Source: Balanoglossus misakiensis (Eukaryota > Animalia > Hemichordata). From it: a DNA stretch of 64,000 bases. The stretch lies in assembly GCA_040954595.2 (NCBI GenBank), contig CM082584.2, positions 7,769,919-7,833,918 on the forward strand. The letters run 5' to 3'. The notes beneath the pieces are model-generated. The model saw only the letters and a list, made by a program, of their open reading frames with translations, searched no databases and was not told the DNA's origin. A program made the position numbers and the translations under genes. Each line of letters starts with the position of its first letter. Position 1 is the stretch's first letter. Of this stretch, positions 1 to 11,560 are shown in pieces.

Positions 1-1088
1 CAAACGAAGTAGTCTGGAATGGCATAACACATAAGGAATACGAATGGTAAGTTAGATTTCCATTATTGCTATCTCATCGCACTGACACCTACTTGATTGA
101 TTTTAAAAACATTGCGTTACTTATTTTGTGGATTATGTCAGAAATTGATAGGAATGTTTATGTTGTGTGATGTTGATGGCGAACTGGTGAAAAAAATATT
201 GTAGGTTGGAATACTTATTTATAATTTGAGACAACACCGTATCGGTGTTAGGAAAATTGACATGTAAGTTACGTGAAATACATCGAGATCCCTATATGTG
301 ATGAACAGCTAGATCGATCGCTGGTGAGTAAGCTGGGTCCGCTTTGGCACCGACCGCGCGCCGGAAGTTTTACCTATGTTAAATGAACTATTCCACGTTC
401 ACCAGGATCGTACAAAATAAACACAATATGCCATTTTGGGTCCAAACAAACGACAGACTTCAGATGTAACAGCTTATTGGACGTTACATGTCTAGTGATG
501 CGCAAGAAATTTATGGAAATTATTTCAACTCATGAGACATTTAGCAGCTTTGCTTGCGTAAATCTGACGTTTATCCTCACATGCTGCGCATTATTTTAGA
601 GTTTACAAACGGAGTTGTACACATTCCAAACGCTAACATACAAACGGGTATATATTAGTGCCAACTGTAGAATAGGATTTTTTCTATATCATGTGACTGG
701 GCAACGGTGAGATCCAATCATAGAGTGAGGTGTTATTTTTATCACGTGACATTTAACGTAAAACTTCCGTCACAGAAGAGCACCATGTGTGTTTGTTATA
801 AAAAAAATCTTCGCACTGTTCTCTGGTGTATATTTGACATCTCCATAAACGCGATAATCCTTAACTGCTGGCAACCAACAGCGGTTCGGCATCACCGACC
901 ATCAAAGTCATTGCATTGTATTAGCTACGCAACGCGTACCTTACACTTATGGGAGTGAAACCATTTCGTTCACAGCGGGAATACAGTACTATATGTTTGT
1001 TTATTTTTCCAGGTTAATTTTCAGGAATGAGTGGCAATCTTATTGTGCACAACTGAAGAAAGAATTGGCTGCGAAAGGAGTGGTGTAA
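1..1088 (+). CDS. 3' end of an unidentified protein-coding gene entering from the left (last two exons)
   Basis: Frame 3 is open to a GTAAGT donor at 47 (exon <1-46, phase 2). The acceptor ttatttttccAG at 1011-1012 continues in frame to TAA at 1086-1088, giving ...NEVVWNGITHKEYEWLIFRNEWQSYCAQLKKELAAKGVV*. No family recognised. Confidence 0.5.
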
Positions 1089-1354
1089 ATGCCAAGACGC
1101 CCTCACAACGTGGTTGCATCGCAGCTTCCTCCTGGAATATGCAGGATGAGAAAAACCTTATGTCACTGTCAAGTACTCCTTGACGTGTAGTCATACTCTG
1201 TCAAATTATTAGACGTTTTAGCAATATTCTATTATACTATATAGAATATGAAACTGCGTAAGTGTGTTTTTACTAATATCTGTTGTAGATCACCTGTAAA
1301 AAATATTTAGCTGAACAAACTCTTGTAGATATCTAAACTGTTTTATGGGGTGAA

Positions 1355-1630
1355 TTTTTTGCACAAATATTTCAGAAGATTTTTTTTAGAATTAATGAAT
1401 GATATAAATATATTGTCGTTACACGATAATATGTTTTCATGCTACACGACACGATTTCCGGATATATAATGCGAATGGGGTTGAAACATATTGCACGGCA
1501 AATATGAAAACTTATTTTTTTTTTTGCAGAAATAATTCAGAATATTTTAGAATTCATTTATATCAACATGAATGATATAATTGTTGAATGGTATTATATT
1601 TCCATGCCGCATAATTTCATGACCATATCT
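1355..1630. repeat. Degenerate tandem duplication (~165-bp period)
   Basis: ttgcacaaatatttcagaagattt..tagaatt..atgaatgatataa..ttcatgc (about 1359-1445) recurs as ttgcagaaataattcagaatattttagaatt..atgaatgatataa..tccatgc (about 1524-1610). Confidence 0.55.
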
Positions 1631-2112
1631 AAGAAAGATAGATTGTTTCAATATGTACACATAATTTCTAGCACGGGAAATAAATTACCGAAAACGTAAC
1701 ATTTCTGTCTTTGCCTGATATGTCGGTAAATCTATGAAAGCTATAGTGTCGCCAAAATGAAGTTTTATTAATTGAGTTGTATCAGAGTAGGCGTAAGTCC
1801 AACATATCGGAATATTAAATTCACTTGGGAATCGTTCGGGATTGATTGGCATACACTTTTACATTTGCCAGGCTTGCTGGTATATGAGTGCGTTTACTGA
1901 AATCAAATGCAAATAAGCACATCGTTCGTAATCACTGCTAAATAAAACAAATGTGTGATAGAGTATGAACGTTGAGGGCATCATTCTTCCAAGCACCGCC
2001 TTGTTCTCTGCGGAATGGGTTGGAGAAACAGACTATCCATCGGCGTTGAAATTCCCTTGACTATTAAATATTAATGCATTGAATAGAAACAATGAAACAA
2101 ATCTTTAAATTA

Positions 2113-2171
2113 CCTGGACACGATTTGATGTGTTTTTCACATAGCAGTTTAAGGGACAATAGTGAATACAA
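2113..2171 (+). repeat. ~59-bp dispersed direct repeat, copy 1
   Basis: cctggacacgatttgatgtgtttttcacatagcagtttaagggacaatagtgaatacaa, identical to 3825-3884 apart from T-run length. Confidence 0.85.
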
Positions 2172-2809
2172 GCAAAATCCGCATGTCGTTGACTGAAACT
2201 TGAATGATTAATAAATACTTGCTAACAAAGTTGCCTACATGACTACTGCTGTCTTCATAGAAAACGGTACAGCTATTTTGTCTTTCCTTCCAAATCCCGG
2301 CTATCCCCCCACCCATAACACTAACGTGATTAACCTGAGGTTAAATCAGTCATGTGCCCAGTCAATAATCTACGCTGAACCTTAACCTCACATCTCACCG
2401 CTCCATTACTAATAGTTCTGTACTTCGTGACGCATCACGACTGTCTTTGTATTCAAGTGAGCGGTAGGGCTTATTACAAATCTCCGATGAAATTCCCGTA
2501 TATCATGCGCTCCAAGAAGAAGGTGTCATATTTTAATGCAAAAGAATCCTATCCCGAGTCGACTTTGGTAAAAAAATAAATTGCCCCGAATTCCAATAGA
2601 GCATGTAGAGAGACGACCATTTTTCGTCGCGCTTTAACTCTTGGAAACCATCGTGGGTCTAGTAAGTTCAGAGGTATTACCCTGGTAACCTGGGGAATAT
2701 GAACTATATAGATCTGTTTCAGCTTCGCCGGCCAGCTCGTGAAAATAAAAGTGAGTAGGATATCCATGATACTATTTGTGGAAATCATTTCATTCACATT
2801 CTGGTTTCA

Positions 2810-3020
2810 GGGGAGAACCATTTCATTTCTGGAGATAAAGGATTTTATAATGTTTGCCAAAAAATCAGCCACTGTTAAATATATTTTCTATTGCCAGTCC
2901 ACCATATCCCGCAGTGAATTGCAAAAAAAAAACAAAACTTTTTCCTTCGCATCATCTGCCAACAAATTCGTCTTTTTACCAAAAATCCTCCACCTCCCAG
3001 AAATCAAAATGGTCCTCCCT
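2810..3020. mobile_element. ~210-bp non-autonomous DNA transposon (MITE), possibly PIF/Harbinger-like
   Basis: Left end ggggagaaccatttcatttctgg matches the reverse complement of right end ccagaaatcaaaatggtcctccct. Flanks are TCA and TTA (imperfect TNA target-site duplication). No transposase-like coding sequence recognised. Confidence 0.6.
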
Positions 3021-3149
3021 TTAGGCACACTACAAGAAACGGTTTACATTTGTACCGTATCAGTTATGTCGTGTTGCATGGGGGTATTTTGAACGAATTT
3101 CATAGAATCTTCGTGTCCGGCTTAATAAGATATCACAGTGTCTCTTTAG

Positions 3150-3327
3150 TGTGATGACGTGTGTGTGTGGAGTTTGAATAGGCGTGTCTGCTGGTTCATA
3201 AATACTAGTAACTTAATGAGCACAGCGCGATTTTAGCTGAACTTGGGGAGTCACGGTCACACTGGATCAAGCGTCGTCGTCGAGGGAGACATAACATAAG
3301 TGAAAGTGACTTGGGTACACGGTGAGT
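3150..3327 (+). promoter_or_regulatory. Candidate promoter and non-coding first exon of the sialyltransferase
   Basis: CpG-richer segment with a TGACGT half-CRE (~3155), a TATA-like cataaata (~3197) and a strong donor ACG|GTGAGT at 3321/3322. The next good acceptor precedes the ATG exon at 5363. Confidence 0.4.
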
Positions 3328-3824
3328 GCGAGTCGCTGGCAATAATCCGGACATAAACGCCACCGAAGGGACTCACAGATCAAATGTTATCAGGTAGGGT
3401 GAGATTGCACAAGTGTTTCTGAACGCGTGAAGCCATTTCCTGCGAAGAACGATACAGCGATCGGTCACGAAGCCCGACGTTGTGCAAACAGACAGCCGAG
3501 GGAGTCGAGTGGGGTCCGGTTGTGTATGTACGGACCCGTAGCAGTGATACCGTACACTCCAATCATGTTTCTGTCAATGTTTAGTTTATGTTGTGCTATT
3601 TTGACAGCTACAGTGGCTGTTGGTGGTAGTAGACAATACTTGTGTCGCGAATCCGGCTTTCTAGTCATTCACGATTGAAAGAAATCGTATGAGGAAGTCG
3701 ACGGGAAGGGAGAAGGGAGCCCACAGGCCACAATCCAATCCAGTCAGATCCATTCTGGATGGAGAGTACCGGTCAGTAGGGTCTGTAGAAGAAAAAGCAA
3801 CGAAGATCTGCGTCTTAAGTGACG

Positions 3825-3884
3825 CCTGGACACGATTTGATGTGTTTTTTCACATAGCAGTTTAAGGGACAATAGTGAATACAA
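3825..3884 (+). repeat. ~60-bp dispersed direct repeat, copy 2
   Basis: Near-identical to 2113-2171. Confidence 0.85.
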
Positions 3885-4323
3885 TCAATAGCTTGCGATA
3901 TGCACCTAGCCCTCTTGCTACGTGTTAGCTGGCGACAATCGAAATACGCTTACGTAAGACGTGGCAAATATGCAGTCAAAAATGGGACATACAATTTAAC
4001 AAAGGACATTTCCGCGATAGTCGAGAGAGAGAAACGCCCGTGATACAGGAATTTCGCAAATAGCGTCGCAGTACGCAAACATATTGATCCTGTTTTAGAT
4101 AATAAACTGATAATACTGATTTTTGCACTTTTGACCCAAACATGAAGTTCCATACTATATGTCATTCCATAACAATTACCACATTTATGGCTGCAAATCA
4201 GGTTACAGTTACGTTGCTAGTACGGTAATTTATGTTCGTGGACTCAGACTAAACACTTGGGTATATTTAGGAAGTAAAACACCAACAAAGTCTCTTTCTT
4301 GTGCCAGGCAAGGGTTGGCAAGC

Positions 4324-4545
4324 ATGATGAGAATATGGTCAGAGATCACCATCCCTCGTGCAGGCTAAAGATCATGATATTGCCCTCGCTAACGAGTTAT
4401 TGAAATAATAATAACACATGATAGCGAGGGCAGCATCTCAATTTGAAGCCTGCATGAGTGATGGTGATCTCTGACCATAATATTGATGATGCCCGAGCTG
4501 CAGGCGAGAGTATCATCAATATGGTCAGAGAGCACCAGCCCAGGG
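4324..4545. repeat. Fold-back inverted repeat with a third partial copy
   Basis: 4324-4391 (tatggtcagagatcaccatccctcgtgcaggct...tgccctcgcta) pairs with 4421-4490 (tagcgagggca...agcctgcatgagtgatggtgatctctgaccata). A third direct partial copy atcatcaatatggtcagagagcacca lies at about 4512-4537. Confidence 0.8.
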
Positions 4546-5461
4546 CCACAAAATGTGAGCCGTTGTAACAAAATGCGCTGAGACTTAGCACCACCTCAGC
4601 TAGGCATTGTAAAGCCTGGCTCAGACCTGAAATAAGCCTGAGGCAAACGGCTCCGATAATTTAACGACTGAAAGAATGTAAATGAGGCTTTTCGTAAATT
4701 TATGTAGAGTTGCAAACGAGGCCACCTGCAACCAACAACACATTGTGCTCACATGTCTGGATGAATTTTGTGATGTAGATAGGATTCTCTTTGCAATAAA
4801 GACAGGAACAGCTGTTACTGTTGCTCAGTGTTCAGTATTTTTCTCCAATACAGCATCATTCATGCATGTGCCACATATTGGTACTGTGGGTAATTGAATT
4901 TTTCGGTATATTGAGTCGAGCAGGAACATATTGATGATACACAATAAGCTATCAAAATGGGTCCAATAACAATAATTTAGTCTGAGGACAACAGACAGAC
5001 AGAAAGTGGACGGTACCCCTGATACTGTCTGATGCCGATGCTTAAAAATAAAACACTCAGATAAAGATGCTGGTATTTTAGAATATTACAGGTCATCTGT
5101 AGCATTTTTCTGTGTCGCAACTTTGTCTCTGCTGCTCATCCATGGTGAATGGGAAAATATATAAAAAAACACGTTTTTCTAAAAATTGAAATTGATTTTT
5201 AAAGATTCTGCATTCTATTCCAATCTATATGCTTTGTAATGATGAAACGGCAGTAGTTGCAGTTACTACGTCACCATCGAGGAGGAGTTTGTCGAGGCCT
5301 TATGGAAATTATTATCTAGCATATGTTCGTAATTTTGAGGATATTTGTCCATTCACGCACAGATTTCCAATGGTTGATCCGATCAGGTAGTCCAGCCCAG
5401 ATATGACCGAGCAGCCAGTGCAGTCGTGACTGCGCGGTGATCACACGTACGTACGTCCACA

Positions 5462-8400
5462 ATGATGAGATACGTACGCCGGCAGCTCATTGGCGTCGGT
5501 GCGCTGTGCTGCGTGTGTCTGTCGCTGTATCTGATACTCCTGGACAGACGGCGGCTGGTGAAGAAGGTTTTGCCCGAGGAGACTCCGAGGATCATCAACT
5601 ATACTCCGGATTCCAGCAATTTGCCAGGTGTGTAGTCGTCGCGTCGATCGCTCTGCCATCGCTGATCGTCTGTTTCAACCCTTTCACTCCCATTTTTGTC
5701 AGTGTAAAATTATGTCAATTTTATTTTATGTCCACAGAAAATAACAACTCAGGTTTTACAAATGCAAGGTAAGTTGATGACAGTTTTTATTTGGGACGAG
5801 GTTATACATAGGTGGCAATGGTGCAGAACCTGTTGAAACCAACACCAAAGGGAGTGAAGACGTTGATCAGTTAGCAGAGGTGTCTGGTTTATAGTTCTTT
5901 TAACATGTGGTTCTATGGCAGTGTTCAGTGTAGACATGTTTTACTGTATATATGCATTTTACATTGCACTTATCGTCAGGCAATAACACTTTTTTTGTTC
6001 GCAATTCCAGCATAATCACAACCCAGAGCTTGGTGAATTTCACCCAGGCGGCGACAGAGAAGAAAACAGAACAAAATGTGGAAATTGAACCTCCGAGTGT
6101 GGTCAACGAGTCTTGTATTCCTCGCTACTCTCTCACAAAAATGAAAGCACACTACAATAAGTACGTAGATGAGCTATTCTCTTTTCTTCAGAACTTTGGA
6201 GTGAAGCTCAATTCATTTTTTGTGTGCGCAAATTAAAACTGTTTTTCATCATTTTAACAATTTCTGACCCAGAATACTCGTACGTGTATATGTTATTGCT
6301 GATTAGAAACTAATTCTTGGTTTAATATTATCGGGATGTCATTGACACTGACGTGACTGGTTGATTTCAGATTCAATGAGAACCACCCAGTCTTTATATC
6401 CCCTGGTTTCACTTCGTGGGATTCAAGAATGATGCAGTACCGTCCGCCATTTGGCCTTCAGGAACAAGGTAAGCGTGAAAAAAGGACATCCATTTTAGGA
6501 TTATTTATCAATCCCGAAAGGTAGGAAATAAAGACAAAATTTCAGTGACCCGCGGTTTTTCCCCCCAAATTTCCCTGTACCGTCTCTATGTTTCCCATCT
6601 CTATTTTGATGTGAGCAGTAAAACCAAGAGGGCTGATATAATCTGATACCCTGCTTGTACTTGTAGACATAACAAATATAATTTGATGGCTGTGTCTACG
6701 TGTACATGCCGAGTGGAAGCGGTTTAAACAAGGCAGAGCGATAATTGCTGGGATAAAAAATTAAAATGACAAGATTTTTCTGACATGCGATAATATAAAC
6801 CCTTCTCCTGGTTATTCAAAGACTTGTGACTTTGGTTGCCACGTAACAAAGGTGTATGGGGAAAAGTAAATCCAAAAGGTGTTTTCAGCGAAACCATATT
6901 TCATAAAAACTGTTTACCCTTTACTCATTGTTTTTTTTTAATCTCTGGAACAAAATAGCGTGACATGCACGTACATTTTGTCACCCAAAATGTCAGTGTA
7001 TGCCCCAGCAAAATAACACCAGTTACTTCAGTTCATTTATAGCGGATGGTGGTCTTTTAGTATTATGCTACTCTATCAGGTTGGCCATATGTCAACTGAC
7101 GACCACATTCACACAGTTCCGTAAGTGAAAAAAAAATACCATATGGTATTGTCAGATTTTGCACGCCAAACCATACATGTATAAGTCCATTGTGATTGAA
7201 GAGTTCCTGGTATTTTTTTCCGTCACTTTCATTGGCTACTACTTTTTTCGTTGAAATTTCGATTTCTACGAGCGAGAAATACAATTGAAGTGAGGATACT
7301 AATTGTGTTCACCACATTTTTTTTACTTTCCAGAGTCTTTTGTTAATCAACTTTTGCAGAGCATGACAGATTCAAGTCTTCCAGCAGCAATCACAGAATC
7401 GTAAGTTTGAAGTGAGAAATTCTTCTGTGTGAAAAAAATCCAACAAAGAAAAATTGTGTGGATATACATATTCCGACTGTCTTGGGTACATATTATCCTA
7501 TGAAGCACAGAACTATACATGGTTGCTATGGAGACAGTAGCTATCTGCTTAATTCACAGAAGGCTATTTGGACAGTACAGAAAACAATTTCTGTTCAACA
7601 TCAATCAAGAATTTAGGTCATAATTTTGCATAGTGGAAAGCTTTTGAACATTTGTATCACTTCTGGTATTGATTGGAGGGATTTCAATCAATCTTGATCA
7701 AACGACTCTTTTCATCGAATGAGTGGGTATTTGTCGTGCACTTGAAAGTGGTGAAATGGAAGGAACAAAAATTGTCATCGATGGAGAATCTTTGATTCAC
7801 ATCCCTTAAAATTCCGCGGGAATTAATTAACCCTATACACGCAGCAATATTTTAACAATGAGTTTAACTGAGCATTTTTGGCATATCACATCGAATGCAA
7901 AATCCAGGAGAACATCTCAGCCTGGCTTCTCATTTGACAGTTTCATGTCAGTGGGCGTGCATGGCACATCATTGGATCTCCATTTTGGAATTTTCACAGT
8001 TGCTGAACGACTGAGCTTTATACATGCTATTGTACCTAGGGTTTGGCTTTAAAAGGGGGGATGTGGCTGTTGTTTTAGGTGGGGGGGGGGGGTAAGCATG
8101 CAGTGTATTGTTGTTGGTCGGAGAGTCTTGTTTTTAACCAAAGGTTGTGACAACCACCGTTTATCATGCGCATGTCAGCAAAATGAAAGATTTAAATGTG
8201 AATGGGGTGTCCACGTATACAGCTAGCTACAGACCTTTTAACCTATTGACTATTGAGGTCACTGATTCATGAAGACAGCCCATTAAAAAGTCGGCACATT
8301 TCTTGGGTTTTTATAACCCCACTATCGTAAATTCCAGCACTGCCTGGGTCGTGTGGGTCTGAACATACGATCTAGACTTGAAACTAAACTTTCCATCAAA

Positions 8401-10567
8401 TATACTGGTGTATAATAAACACCAGTCTGCAATATCCTAGGTCTAACTTTCCTGACAGTAGAGCTCCCTTAAGAAATTGTTGTTTTCAGAGTATCATGTT
8501 CAGTTGACCTCAAAATCTACTCAAACAGGACGCATTCCCCAAACTGTGGCTGTACCCGTATTCTGATGGCCATTAATCACCAGTATGCATTGCATGACAT
8601 ATGCCCTGTCAGCCAGTGTGATGTGCTAGTTAAAACAAATTGTGCAAGGGAGAAAAAAAATCATCCATGGCCAACTAATTCACAATTCCCTGAAAACATT
8701 CTTTGTTTTCATTCCTGGTGATATATGTCTCATGACTCCTGCCGTGAGATTTGTCTGGTGGCTACTTAAACTGATTTGACTTGTGACTTCATTTTGGTTT
8801 TTGCATTTCCTGGATTATTATTTATATGCAAGTGTTTTATCTAATTTTTTTGGCATCATGAGTGTCTTTTAAAAAACTTGAACAATGTATACTTATATTT
8901 GTTTCTACAGTAATGGCTGCAAGCGTTGCATAGTGGTGGGCAGTGGAGGGGTTTTAAAGAACAAACACTTGGGAAGAACTATTGATGGCTATGACGTGGT
9001 TTTCAGGTAGGTGGTTGGAAAATGTTTGAAACTCTGCTTCATTTTGGTGGAAAAAGTCTTGAGATGTACATGACTTTTGAGGGAGGCCAGGAAAGGTCCA
9101 GAAAAAATCAGTGTTCTTCTGGGAACAATTTGAGAAAACCAATACATCATGATTTAATGTTTCTACCACATTTTTTTTTTTGGGGGGGGGAGTTCATATG
9201 CTGACGTGGGACTCTGATAAATGGTGACATATTCGCATGCCATATGCTTTCCTTCAGTAGTTTAATACCCAACAGATTTATCGTTTCATTACATTTTTTC
9301 CTTTTTATCTTCTTCCCCAGGATTAATTCGGGGCCGGTGAAAGGCTTCGAATCCGACGTCGGCAACAAGACCTCCATCAGGATAGCCTATCCGGAGGGGG
9401 CTCCGCGGACAAACACCGGGTATGATCCGGAGGCACTCTTTGGCATGGTGGCGTTCAAAGCCAAGGATCTGGAGTGGTTGGACAGTGTCATACATCAAAA
9501 ATCACCTGTAAGTCGGTGTCCACACACACATCAATCAAATTCAATTTCCTTTGGGGAACGCTGTTGTCACAAATTACGATACAGGGAGATAGAAACAAAA
9601 TATTTTCCTGTCAAAATGTGTCAGCTTGTATAATGACACATTGTATAATTCCTATGGCCTCTCAATACACATCTGTTGCACTGTGCACTATTAATGGAGC
9701 GATCAAACACACAACTGTTGGATTAACATCCTGTCTACTGTATTTAGCTTATTTTTCTCGCCCGTTTTATGTATGCATATCAGCACCACGCTTATTTACC
9801 TTGGAATATTTACTACCAATATAACCCCAATTGGTTTTGTTTTGAAATTTTCATATACCTTCCTCTCCCTTTAGTCTACCCGAGGATTTTGGTCCAAGAT
9901 TGCCATGGGTTTGCCAAAGAGACCCGAAGAGGTTCGTCTGGTAAACCCTCTATTAGTGAGAGAGACAGCCTTTGATCTTCTGGGCTATCCCACAAACCAA
10001 GGTCGGATGAGTAAAGTAAGTCTCCAACGATCATCCACAGAGTGTTTTGTTGCTGTTGCTTTTTTCATTTTCCTGCGTTGCTTATGTGGTACATAGTGGA
10101 AGCGATAATGGCTGTATGGTCACAAGCTAAAAAGCCAGTCTGGACTCTCCATGCGTCAGTGATGACCAGCTGCACTGTTTGTAAATGCCATAAAACCACA
10201 CACTTTTACACACATTTGTGTGAAAATGCTATGTGCATTGCCTGGCTGCTTACTTGTCTCACTTAGGTATATGTCATCTATTTTTCTAACACACATCCGC
10301 TGCCTTTCTTCCCCACAGAACGTACCGACCACGGGAACCATAGCGATGATGATGGCGCTGCGATTCTGCGACGAGGTCCACGCGGCGGGATTCGGCTACG
10401 AGCTCAACAAACCAGAGGCGTACCTCCACTACTACGAAAGCAAACAAATGAAAGCCATTCCCTCCCTCTTCACCCATGACCTCAGCAAAGAGAAACTTTT
10501 CCTTCGAAGTTTAGTGGAGAAGGGCATAGTGAAGGATTTGACGGGCGGGATTCTTGCAAAACGATGA
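5462..10567 (+). CDS. CMP-sialic acid beta-galactoside alpha-2,3-sialyltransferase (GT29, ST3Gal3/ST3Gal5-like), ~394 aa
   Basis: Exons 5462-5627, 5738-5768, 6011-6160, 6371-6468, 7334-7400, 8911-9006, 9321-9507, 9875-10015, 10319-10567; all GT-AG and frame-continuous (1185 nt). Type II signal-anchor [27 protein letters not shown]. Sialylmotif [48 protein letters not shown], then YPEGAP, motif [25 protein letters not shown], motif III HYY and VS HDLSKE. Confidence 0.93.
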
Positions 10568-11469
10568 GGTGCCTTTTTCCTGTCTGTTTCGGGGTTTTTT
10601 TCTTCTCATTACATTTCCAGATTTGTTCGTGCGTGTACACACATTGTATATTGGTGAGAAGAACTGATATTTTCTCTGGTAAATTCTGTACATGTATATA
10701 CTGAAAGATTGTTACCGCGTGACCCTACACAAGGGTCTAACGATGTTGTCAACATACATGTGTGTGTGTATGTGGCATCGTAGAAATCAAGCTGAAGGGA
10801 TTTTGTCATGAATAGTCATGGATGTATTTTCCTGTTATCCGTACTTTTATATGCAATACTTTACGTTTTTGTGGACTGTAAATTTTAAAGCTCCATGAGC
10901 TGCTACTTTTTGCATATTTTTTAAAGTTCTTCAGTCTTTTCCTCGTCCTTAGCCAATACATGACACACCGTTTTCAATTTGTGAAGATTCAGATACGCAT
11001 GCCACAGTAGTTGTGTACTCAGGCAATTGAGGCTGAATAAATGGGTGTGACACCCGTGTATTATTTAACTTGTTCACATTTAAACGTACAGAGTACAGTG
11101 TAGTCAGTCAGAGGTTGATAATATGCTGGTGTAATCACATGAGTCAACTTATTCCAATGGTCCAAGTCTGAAAGTAAAATCATTGAAAAAAGTGCAAATA
11201 TATGTGGGAGCTTGCGGGGCTGTAACCGAAAAAAGAGAACAAAAATTGCCTGTGGGTGAGACTTCAGAAGCTTCTCTCGCACCGCTTGCATGTGCTTGCG
11301 CTTCCCTGCAAAATATTTTTTCTTTCAAAGCAACTGTAAAGCGTACAGTTGTGTGCATATTGTGAGTAGTGTTTCTTTCAACTCTCAGGGATTCAGAAAC
11401 ACAAATATGAGAAACCAGTAAAACCCAGCCCATAAAATTGACTTGTTTCTGGTCACCGCGCACATCACT

Positions 11470-11560
11470 TTAACCCTTTCACCCCCATTTCCCCCTTATA
11501 GAGGTCCAACCTCACCTTAGAAAACAATGGATTTGGACCGAATCATAATGAAAGGGTTAA
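11470..11560. mobile_element. piggyBac-like MITE, copy 1 (83 bp plus TTAA duplications)
   Basis: TTAA-ccctttca...tgaaaggg-TTAA. Homologous to 17488-17579 and 56821-56914, which are in the opposite orientation. Confidence 0.8.
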
